From NCBI GenBank assembly GCA_028285595.1, contig JANQOW010000066.1, positions 350 to 64,349 on the forward strand: a stretch of DNA of 64,000 nt. The letters run 5' to 3'. Origin of the DNA: Hyphomicrobiales bacterium (GTDB lineage Bacteria; Pseudomonadota; Alphaproteobacteria; Rhizobiales; CAJQND01). The notes under the pieces were generated by a model. The model was not told the DNA's origin, did no database searches, and was given only the letters and a program-made list of their open reading frames with translations. Numbering within the stretch: position 1 is the stretch's first letter; each line of letters opens with the position of its first letter. The translations under genes and the position numbers were made by a program. This document shows, piece after piece, positions 1 through 7,316 of this stretch.

Positions 1-1
1 G

Positions 2-274
2 ACCAACTTCGGCACCCGCGGTAAGATGGACAAATGCACCTTCTGTGCAGGCGGTCCGGAAACGGCCCATTCCGATGCGGAGTTCAAGAAGTACGGCCGC
101 AACCGGATGGCTGAAGGCAAGCTGCCTTTGTGCGCAGAAATGTGCGCAACCAAAGCCCTCCTGGGCGGTGACGGCGACCAGCTGTCCGACATCTACCGCG
201 AGCGTGTGATCGCCCGCGGCTTCGGGTCGGGCGCCTGGGGCTGGGGCCGCGCCTATCCGGGCGGTGGCTCGTAA
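2..274 (+). CDS. 4Fe-4S iron-sulfur (beta) subunit of a formate dehydrogenase-N-like molybdoenzyme, C-terminal fragment; 5' end lies outside the window
   Basis: Frame of ORF 26..274 stays open back to base 2 (TNFGTRGK-MDKCTFCAGG). Cys clusters CTFCAG and PLCAEMCATKA are typical of DMSO-reductase-family FeS subunits. The next gene is an FDH-gamma-like cytochrome b. Confidence 0.7.
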   Translation, partial: TNFGTRGKMDKCTFCAGGPETAHSDAEFKKYGRNRMAEGKLPLCAEMCATKALLGGDGDQLSDIYRERVIARGFGSGAWGWGRAYPGGGS

Positions 275-298
275 GGTAGCCTCGTAGCACTCAACGGG

Positions 299-330
299 CG
301 GGGCGGCTCCACCAGCGGGCCGCCCCGTTT
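299..330 (+). terminator. GC-rich hairpin plus short T run between the FeS-subunit and cytochrome b genes (possible intrinsic terminator or attenuator)
   Basis: CGGGGCGGC (299-307) pairs with GCCGCCCCG (319-327) across an 11-nt loop, followed by TTT (328-330). Confidence 0.45.
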
Positions 331-415
331 CGCACCTTTGTTCTTTTGATCCTTTTTTGGTGGGACCGCTTTTTCGCGTAGCCCATATTGTTATTTTACG
401 CTCAAGGAGAGTGGG

Positions 416-1519
416 ATGACCAAGATCCTCGCCGCACTCAACATCCGATACTGGCTCACCGCACTTTTGTTTGTGGTGTTTGCCGCGATGGGCTCCACCA
501 TGGCCACAGCCGACGTGCGCGGGCCCGAGCCTCCCAAGCAGGATCTGCAATATCTCGATGAAGACAGCGACATCTGGAGCAAGATCAGACACGGCTACGA
601 AGGCCGCGGCGGTGTTCTCATCCAATCCCAGGGCGAAGACTGGCGCATTTTGCGCGAAGGCCCGCTGTTGCGCTACACCGCAACCGCTCTCTTGGTCACG
701 GTTGTGCTGCTGGCGCTCTTCTTTGCGGCCCGCGGACGTATCAAGATTGAGCATGGCTGGTCGGGTTGGACCATTGAGCGGTTCAACATGCCCGAACGCA
801 TGGGGCACTGGATCTTGGCCGTTTCGTTCATCATCCTCGCGATCACCGGGGCGAACATCAGTTACGGCAAATTCGTACTGATGCCCATCTTGGGCAAAGA
901 CATCTTTGCCGCGCTCTCAATCGGCGGCAAGTATCTGCACAACTATGTGGCCTTTGCGTTCATCCTGGGTCTGGTGTGGGTGTTCGTCGCCTGGATCAAG
1001 GACAACTTCCCCCGCAGGGCGGACCTCACCTGGCTGATGCAGGGCGGCGGCCTGTTTGTGAAAGGTGTCCACCCGCCCTCCCACAAATTCAACGCAGGCC
1101 AAAAGGTCATCTTCTGGATGACCATCCTCACCGGCATCTCCATTTCCCTGTCCGGCTGGGCGCTCCTGTTCCCGTTTGAAACCCAGATGTTCGCCAAGAC
1201 CTTCGCGATGATCAACGCGGTCGCCGGCACAGAATTGCCCACCACGCTGACCGGCATTCAAGAACAGCAATACGCGGTCACCTGGCACAAGATCATGGCG
1301 ATCTTCATGATCTGCATCATCATGGCCCATATCTATATCGGATCGGTGGGGATGCAGGGCGCCTTCGCGGCCATGGGATCCGGCCGGGTCGATCTGAACT
1401 GGGCCAAAGAGCATCATTCCCTCTGGGTGAAGAAGCTGGAGGATGAGGACAAGCTCGGCAAGCAGCCCGATGATGAGCATCAGGCTGAGGCCGGCGCCAA
1501 AGCGCAGCCCGCAGAATAA
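416..1519 (+). CDS. formate dehydrogenase gamma-subunit-like membrane cytochrome b
   Basis: 367 aa. GGAGAG Shine-Dalgarno-like sequence before ATG 416. Hydrophobic N-terminus followed by several TM helices carrying conserved His (HWILAVSF, HNYVAFAF, WHKIMAIFMI, AHIYIG). Sits directly after the FeS subunit. Confidence 0.7.
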   Translation: MTKILAALNIRYWLTALLFVVFAAMGSTMATADVRGPEPPKQDLQYLDEDSDIWSKIRHGYEGRGGVLIQSQGEDWRILREGPLLRYTATALLVTVVLLALFFAARGRIKIEHGWSGWTIERFNMPERMGHWILAVSFIILAITGANISYGKFVLMPILGKDIFAALSIGGKYLHNYVAFAFILGLVWVFVAWIKDNFPRRADLTWLMQGGGLFVKGVHPPSHKFNAGQKVIFWMTILTGISISLSGWALLFPFETQMFAKTFAMINAVAGTELPTTLTGIQEQQYAVTWHKIMAIFMICIIMAHIYIGSVGMQGAFAAMGSGRVDLNWAKEHHSLWVKKLEDEDKLGKQPDDEHQAEAGAKAQPAE

Positions 1520-1529
1520 CGGGCTGGCC

Positions 1530-2918
1530 ATGCTTGAGCGCAGGACCACCGCCCGCGTCTTGCTCTTGGTGATGTTCACGCTGGCCGGCATTTTCTCGGC
1601 CGCAGCGACAGGAAACCTGAAAGGCCATGGCGGCCCCGTGAAGGCCATCACCGTCTCTGAGGACGGCACCCGGGTGCTCTCCGGCAGCTTCGATTACTCC
1701 ATGATCCTCTGGGATCTGACCGGTGCTGAGCCCAAGGAGCTGCACAGTTTCGATGATCATGATGGCGCGGTGAATGACGCCGCGTTCTTACCCGGCATGA
1801 CGCGCGCCCTCTCCGCCAGCGATGATGGCACGGTGAGCCTATGGGACCTGGAAACCCGCTCCCTGATCAAGCGCTTCAAAGGCCATAGCCACAAGGTGGT
1901 GAAGCTTGCGCTCAATGGGGATGGGACAAAGGCCGTCTCCGCCTCTTGGGATCGCACGGCCAGGATTTGGGATCTCAAGACCCAGGAGCCAGGTCCGGTG
2001 CTGAAGGGGCACCGCAACACCATCAACGATGTCACCTTCTCTACCGACGGCGCGCATGTGTTCACGGCAGGCTATGACGGCACCATCCGTCAGTGGCGCA
2101 CGGACACCGGCGAAGAGGTGGGCGAGCTGTTCAGCCATGGCTGGGGCGTCAACGTATTGGCCGCCCTGCCAAACGGCGAGCAGCTCATGTTTGGCGGGCT
2201 CAACGGCTTCGTCGGGCTCGTGAACATCAAGACGGGCAAGATCGACCGGCCCTTGCGGCCCTCTGAACGTCCCTTCCTGTCGATGACCGTAAACCCCAAG
2301 CTGGGCCTTGCGGCAGCCGGCGCCGGGGACGGCCGTATCTCCGTTTGGGAGCTGGAGACGTGGAAAGAGAAGTTCTCTTACGACAACCCCTTCGGCCCGG
2401 CCTGGGCCCTGGCGTTCCGCCCCGACGGAAAGTCGCTTTATTTCGGCAGCTTGGATGACGAGGTGATTTTATGGCAGATGGAACCGGCCAAGCCGTTCGA
2501 GGTGGCCGAAGGCAAGTTCCCGCGCCGGTTCCAAATCACCGAGGGTATTGATCCCGGCGCTTTACAGTTCGCCCGCAAATGTTCCATCTGCCACACCCTG
2601 ACACCCGACACGGCCAACCGGGCCGGCCCCACGCTTTACAAAGTGTTCGGCCGCAAGGTGGGCACGCTGCCGGGCTACAGCTATTCCAAGGCGCTGAAGG
2701 ACCGCGATTTCATCTGGACGCCTGAAACGGTGGAAGCACTGTTTGCCGAAGGACCGGAAAACTATGTGCCGGGCACCAAGATGCCGCTGCAGAAGATGAC
2801 CAACGAGGAAGAGCGCAAAGCACTGATCGCCTTCCTCAAGCATGCCACCGAAACCGGCAAGCCCGCTGCTGAGGCCTATGTCTCCTACGAGGCGGCCAAG
2901 AAGAAGCAGAAGAACTAG
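1530..2918 (+). CDS. WD40-repeat beta-propeller protein with C-terminal class I c-type cytochrome domain
   Basis: ATG 1530 lies 10 nt after the upstream stop. N-terminal hydrophobic anchor (ARVLLLVMFTLAGIFSAAA). Repeated WD-like units ending LWDL, LWDL, IWDL, QWR, VWEL, LWQM. C-terminal CSICH haem-binding motif with a downstream GTKMP Met-ligand motif. Confidence 0.8.
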   Translation: MLERRTTARVLLLVMFTLAGIFSAAATGNLKGHGGPVKAITVSEDGTRVLSGSFDYSMILWDLTGAEPKELHSFDDHDGAVNDAAFLPGMTRALSASDDGTVSLWDLETRSLIKRFKGHSHKVVKLALNGDGTKAVSASWDRTARIWDLKTQEPGPVLKGHRNTINDVTFSTDGAHVFTAGYDGTIRQWRTDTGEEVGELFSHGWGVNVLAALPNGEQLMFGGLNGFVGLVNIKTGKIDRPLRPSERPFLSMTVNPKLGLAAAGAGDGRISVWELETWKEKFSYDNPFGPAWALAFRPDGKSLYFGSLDDEVILWQMEPAKPFEVAEGKFPRRFQITEGIDPGALQFARKCSICHTLTPDTANRAGPTLYKVFGRKVGTLPGYSYSKALKDRDFIWTPETVEALFAEGPENYVPGTKMPLQKMTNEEERKALIAFLKHATETGKPAAEAYVSYEAAKKKQKN

Positions 2919-2954
2919 CCTCCCCCTTCCCGGCACGGGTCCAACGAACCTCGC

Positions 2955-2990
2955 CGCGTTCCTGCGAAAGCAGGAACCTTCTCTGCCAGT
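2955..2990 (+). repeat. intergenic GAAA-tetraloop hairpin element, copy A
   Basis: GTTCCTGC-GAAA-GCAGGAAC (2958-2977) followed by CTTCTCTGC, 40 nt after the stop of the WD40-cytochrome c gene. Near-identical cores occur at 24367-24386 and 42218-42237. Confidence 0.7.
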
Positions 2991-3084
2991 GGACCGATCG
3001 CGCCGACTCGACTACTGACAGAAAGATGTCAGCACCCCCCGCGCTATAACGCTCCCGCACCCCGCACCAAACAGGAGCTCTCCC

Positions 3085-3372
3085 ATGTTCGTCATCCTTC
3101 TAAAGTTCTCCGACAACAAAGCCGAGGCCGGCACCCACATGGACGGCCACAATCAGTGGCTGAAGCAGGGCTTTGACGACGGCGTCTTCCTCCTGGCCGG
3201 CAGCATCAAGCCAGGCCTCGGCGGCGCCATCCTTGCCCACAACATCGCAGCAGAGGCGCTCCAAACCCGCGTTCAGCAAGACCCCTTCGTTGCGCAGAAT
3301 GTGGTCAGCGCCGACATCCTGGAGATCGCCCCAGCCAAGGCCGATAAGCGCTTGGAGTTCCTGCTCTCTTAA
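3085..3372 (+). CDS. YciI-like family protein
   Basis: 95 aa. MFVILLKFSDNKAEAG...H..WLKQG...GVFLLAGS...DPF pattern typical of YciI/DGPF small alpha+beta proteins. AGGAG precedes the ATG. Confidence 0.65.
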   Translation: MFVILLKFSDNKAEAGTHMDGHNQWLKQGFDDGVFLLAGSIKPGLGGAILAHNIAAEALQTRVQQDPFVAQNVVSADILEIAPAKADKRLEFLLS

Positions 3373-3434
3373 TGACAATCCGGCCCGGAGGCGGTAAAAC
3401 AAAGCCCAAGAACGTCCACGTTGCAGAGGATCAA

Positions 3435-3560
3435 ATGAAGGCTTTTATCGCAGCGCTCGCCGTGATCGGCATCGTCAGCACGATTGCCGCAGTTACCTTG
3501 GAAAACTTTGCCGGGTCGACCGAGAGCGTCAACACTTCAAACGCCGTGCGTTTGGACTGA
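3435..3560 (+). CDS. small single-pass membrane protein, hypothetical
   Basis: ATG 3435 preceded by GCAGAGGA. MKAFIAALAVIGIVSTIAAV forms a TM helix. No family recognised. Confidence 0.35.
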   Translation: MKAFIAALAVIGIVSTIAAVTLENFAGSTESVNTSNAVRLD

Positions 3561-3569
3561 GCCAAAGCA

Positions 3570-4520
3570 GTGAAGCGCACCAGTCTTGGTGGCCTTCTGG
3601 GCGCACTGGCCTTGACCGGGCTCGTGCTCCTCACCCCTGCACGGGCCGACAATGTGGAAGGTCTGCGCAATGTGATGGGCTCGGTGGTCTCCGTGTTACC
3701 GCGCACGGCACCAGGCAACGCCAACAAGGATGAACCGGAAGGCTCCGGAGTGGTGATCTTCGACGGCCGCCACATCCTCACGGCCCGGCATGTCCTGACC
3801 AATGCAGAAGAGATTGTGGTGAGAACCTTCGACGGTGTCGTTCACCGGGCCATATTGCGCGGACAGGACCCTGCCACCGATCTCGCCCTGTTGGAGATCG
3901 AAACCAAACTGAAGCCCATCGAACTGGGCGATGATGCCAAGATCGGCGAACAGGCCTGCGCCATTGGAAACGCCTTCGGTCTTGGCCTGTCGCTCACCTG
4001 CGGCATGGTGTCGGCGGTCCATCGCACCGGCACGGGCTTCAACCCGGTGGAAGATTTCGTGCAGACCGACGCCGCCGTGAACCCGGGCTCGTCCGGCGGC
4101 GCACTGGTGAGCAAGTCCGGAAGACTGATTGGCTTGCTCTCCGCCATCTTCACAAAGTCGGCTGATGCCAATATCGGCGTGAACTTTGCGATTTCGACCG
4201 CCTTGGCCTTAAGGGTCGCCACAGATCTGCGCACGGGCAAGCGGCCAAGGTGGGCGTTCGGCGGGGCTGGCCTTGGCACTGTCCCGGGCCGCGGCGGTCT
4301 GGGACGCATGGGCGCTGAAGTGCTGCGGCTCAGACCGGGTGGTGCGGCGGAGAAAGCCGGCCTGAAACCCGGCGACATCATCCGCTATGTGGACCGTCGG
4401 CGCATCAAAACACCGCGAGACTTCCGCTCGGCCATGGCGCGGCTTTTGCCAGGCGACAAGGTTGAGGTCGGTTTTGAGCGGGACGGCAAAGAAGAACGCG
4501 CCACCCTCACGGCGCAATAG
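3570..4520 (+). CDS. trypsin-like (S1C, DegP/HtrA-type) serine protease with one C-terminal PDZ domain, secreted
   Basis: Signal peptide (LGALALTGLVLLTPARA). Catalytic triad contexts TARHVL, DLALLE and NPGSSGGALV. PDZ-like GLKPGDIIRYVDRRRI. Confidence 0.8.
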   Translation: MKRTSLGGLLGALALTGLVLLTPARADNVEGLRNVMGSVVSVLPRTAPGNANKDEPEGSGVVIFDGRHILTARHVLTNAEEIVVRTFDGVVHRAILRGQDPATDLALLEIETKLKPIELGDDAKIGEQACAIGNAFGLGLSLTCGMVSAVHRTGTGFNPVEDFVQTDAAVNPGSSGGALVSKSGRLIGLLSAIFTKSADANIGVNFAISTALALRVATDLRTGKRPRWAFGGAGLGTVPGRGGLGRMGAEVLRLRPGGAAEKAGLKPGDIIRYVDRRRIKTPRDFRSAMARLLPGDKVEVGFERDGKEERATLTAQ

Positions 4521-4553
4521 AACGCTTAACATTCCAAGAAAGAAGGTAGACCC

Positions 4554-4745
4554 ATGGACGACGAAAAATTCAACATGTCGATGCGCAAATTTCTCAAGCA
4601 GGTGGGTGTGACGTCCCAGCAGCAGATCGAGAAAGCCGTGCGCGACAGCGGCAAAAGCTCCGGCACCGTGGCCGTCAAGGTCGTGCTCAGCGGCCCGGAC
4701 GTGGGCCTTGAGCACACGGTCGAAGGCGAGATTGACTTAGGCTGA
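4554..4745 (+). CDS. small conserved hypothetical protein (63 aa)
   Basis: AGAAGG Shine-Dalgarno-like sequence before ATG 4554. First ORF of a tightly packed same-strand gene series. No motif recognised. Confidence 0.5.
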   Translation: MDDEKFNMSMRKFLKQVGVTSQQQIEKAVRDSGKSSGTVAVKVVLSGPDVGLEHTVEGEIDLG

Positions 4746-4760
4746 CGCAAGGCCAGGCGC

Positions 4761-5498
4761 ATGCATCTGCCCGACCCCACATTCCCCCCTCTCCTCACCG
4801 GCCACGATGTGAAGGGAAAGCCCGGCCCGTTCGAGCTGGCCTGCGCCAAGGCGGCAGCGGGCGAAGCCGGCGCGGGTGATGTGTTTTGGGCCCGCGACAC
4901 TGCGCGCCTGGACTGGGCCTGCGTCCTGGAACCGGAGGTGGCAACAGCGCGTGCCTTGCAGATGCACTTCGTCGCCATGCTGGCGTTTGGCGATGCGTTC
5001 GGCGCAATCTCACCGCCTGAAATCGCGCTCCACTTCCGCTGGCCGTCTGACCTGTTGGTCAATGGCGGCAAGGCCGGTCAGGCCAAGGTGGCGGTGGGGC
5101 CGGAAAACGCAGAAGGCATAGCCGACTGGATGGCGGTCGGCATCACGCTCACGATCAAGCGCGACACAACCGGCTTTGAACCGGGCGATGCGCCGGAGGA
5201 AACCGCGCTCAATGAAGAAGGCTGCGGCGAGATCACCAGAACCGAATTGGTGAACTCCCTGTCGCGCCATTTCCTCAATTGGGTCCACACCTGGAACGAG
5301 GAAGGCTTTAAGGGCGTCCATGAAGGCTGGCTCGCCAAGGCGGAAAACTGGCAGCACGAGGTAAGCCTCACCTGGGACGGCGCCCGGCACACCGGGACCT
5401 TTGTGACCATTGACGACGAAGGCAACCTGCTTTTGAAAACCGATGACGGCATGATCTCCTTACCAATCGCCAAAGCCGTGGAGGCTGGGCCGGCATGA
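4761..5498 (+). CDS. biotin/lipoate protein ligase (BPL/LplA/LipB) superfamily-like protein, function unknown
   Basis: 245 aa. The N-terminal pattern (LPPTFPPLLTGH ... D.ARLD.A.VLEPE) resembles proteins I recall being annotated as biotin/lipoate--protein ligase family in alphaproteobacteria. This is recognition from memory and needs an HMM check. Its stop overlaps the next start (ATGA at 5495-5498). Confidence 0.5.
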   Translation: MHLPDPTFPPLLTGHDVKGKPGPFELACAKAAAGEAGAGDVFWARDTARLDWACVLEPEVATARALQMHFVAMLAFGDAFGAISPPEIALHFRWPSDLLVNGGKAGQAKVAVGPENAEGIADWMAVGITLTIKRDTTGFEPGDAPEETALNEEGCGEITRTELVNSLSRHFLNWVHTWNEEGFKGVHEGWLAKAENWQHEVSLTWDGARHTGTFVTIDDEGNLLLKTDDGMISLPIAKAVEAGPA

Positions 5499-5986
5499 AG
5501 TTCTTCAAGGCCATCCGGTTTGACGGATCAGACGACAATGTGTTCCCCAAGGGGGCGGAACCGGACGAGTGGACCGTGTCGGGGAGCTTTGCGTTCGGCG
5601 ATATGGAACCGGCCCAACTCACCGGAAAGATGAAACAGGCCTTTGCCAACGGTCTGCTCGGCCTTAGGAGCGGCGGACACACGACTTTCGTCACCGTGTC
5701 CGACATGACGGAGAGCGAATATGAGGAGGCGGTTCAGCTTTTGATAGAGCATTTTATGACCGCGTATGGGGCTCCTTCAACCGAGGCCGCCGAGCCGTAC
5801 GCCCGCGAGGAAATCGACTTCATCGCCGAGCTCTGTTCGGAAAAGCCGGTGAACACGCTTTTTGCCGTCAGCCGCGAAGTGGATGAGGAGGGCAATCTGC
5901 GCGAGGCCTTCCACGAGATCAAGCGGGGCAATCCGTCCGAAGCCGATCACGCGAAAATCTGGGAGGTGGTGCCCGATGACGGTTGA
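5495..5986 (+). CDS. conserved hypothetical protein (163 aa, acidic; DUF6505-like from memory)
   Basis: ATGA start/stop overlap with the upstream gene and an 11-nt overlap with the downstream gene. No catalytic motif recognised. Confidence 0.55.
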   Translation: MKFFKAIRFDGSDDNVFPKGAEPDEWTVSGSFAFGDMEPAQLTGKMKQAFANGLLGLRSGGHTTFVTVSDMTESEYEEAVQLLIEHFMTAYGAPSTEAAEPYAREEIDFIAELCSEKPVNTLFAVSREVDEEGNLREAFHEIKRGNPSEADHAKIWEVVPDDG

Positions 5987-7013
5987 ACAGGTCACCGCAC
6001 CCGACTTTTGGCTCACCTCGGGCTATCATCTTTTGAACGAGAACGAAGATGGTTCGCTGGCCCTGAGCGAGGACTATCTGCGCGCCTATCTGAAACGCGC
6101 AGAGCTGGCACCGGTCGAAGAAAGCTGCGCCAATGAGCGCACGCTTCACGCCAGTTTGCTGGACGATCCCTTCCAGACCGTTGAGGCGGCGCGTCTTTCC
6201 AGCCTGGCTGATGAGGACATGCAGCACAATTTTGGTGTGTTTCTGGGTTTTAGGGATTTCGTTCAAGACGCCGGCTCGCTGGAGGCGGCTTATCTCGCCA
6301 TTGCCCGCGGCAAGGCGCCCCTAGCGGTGCCTCCCCTGTTCGTGGATCAGATGGTCCATGCCATCCTGCGCAACGTTCTGCGCGAAGTGGGCGACCCCTT
6401 GCGCCTTCGGGCAGCAGAACTCTTTTTCCGCGATCAGAACGTTTCGACCGAAGAGGGCATCGTCATGCTGGCCGATGACGAGACCGTGGAGATGTTCGCT
6501 GAAACCGGTGGTTTCGGTTCACTGGGCCAGCTCATCAAGGAGGCCAATACGTCGCTCAGGCAAGTGCAACTCGATGTCTTGCACGAAGACAACAGCGCGC
6601 TCTACTGGCCGCGCTCGGACCGCTTTGACACCGTCATCGATTTCCGGTTCCTGCAACCGGCCAACGATGCCTTTTGCCGGGTCTTGGAGGCCTGGATGGC
6701 TCACTTCCTGGATCTCACCGTCAGCGTTCAACCCAAGCCGCGCATCGACGACGAGCGCTGGACCTGGCATATTGGGCTGGATGCGGAAGCCACCCGCATC
6801 CTGAACGCCCTGTATGAGGGCCACGAGGTGGGAGAGGCCGAGCTTGAGCAGATCATCGGCCTGTTTGAGATGCATGTGAAAGACAAAGGCGCGCTCAGCC
6901 CTGCGGTGGAGGGCCGGCCGATCTATCTGGGTCTTGCGAAAACCAAAAGCGGCAAGCTGAAGATGAAACCGCAAAACCTCTTGACCAACCTGCCCCTGGC
7001 GGCGGAGGCGTGA
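5976..7013 (+). CDS. conserved hypothetical protein (345 aa; DUF6352-like from memory)
   Basis: The internal ATG 5976 (MTVEQVTAPDFWLTSGYHLL) gives a coupled start. The longer track ORF from 5862 would overlap the previous gene by 125 nt. Confidence 0.55.
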   Translation: MTVEQVTAPDFWLTSGYHLLNENEDGSLALSEDYLRAYLKRAELAPVEESCANERTLHASLLDDPFQTVEAARLSSLADEDMQHNFGVFLGFRDFVQDAGSLEAAYLAIARGKAPLAVPPLFVDQMVHAILRNVLREVGDPLRLRAAELFFRDQNVSTEEGIVMLADDETVEMFAETGGFGSLGQLIKEANTSLRQVQLDVLHEDNSALYWPRSDRFDTVIDFRFLQPANDAFCRVLEAWMAHFLDLTVSVQPKPRIDDERWTWHIGLDAEATRILNALYEGHEVGEAELEQIIGLFEMHVKDKGALSPAVEGRPIYLGLAKTKSGKLKMKPQNLLTNLPLAAEA

Positions 7014-7019
7014 ACGATC

Positions 7020-7316
7020 ATGGCCGAGCCTGACAGCGTCCTAGATGGCCGAGGCTCCCGGATCGCAGCCGGGCTTCTGTGCGCCGTTTGCATCGGCCTG
7101 ATCGTCTTCCTCAATTGGCACGTGATGTTTCCCCCGCCGGTCAAGAAAGGCGAGGACGATGCCAAGCTGAACCCGGAGTATGTCGCCTGCCGCGACGCGC
7201 GCCTGGTGACGGTTCAGAAGATGAAGGATGATGGCGTCATCAACGAGGCGCAGTTTACGCAGTTCTCTGCCCGCGCGGAGGAAACCTGCGCCGGCCAGTT
7301 TCCACCTGGCGGCTAG
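7020..7316 (+). CDS. small single-pass membrane protein, hypothetical
   Basis: 98 aa. TM helix AAGLLCAVCIGLIVFLNW. Starts 6 nt after the upstream stop. Its TAG stop shares the tetranucleotide CTAG with the stop of the convergent NRPS-like gene. Confidence 0.45.
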   Translation: MAEPDSVLDGRGSRIAAGLLCAVCIGLIVFLNWHVMFPPPVKKGEDDAKLNPEYVACRDARLVTVQKMKDDGVINEAQFTQFSARAEETCAGQFPPGG

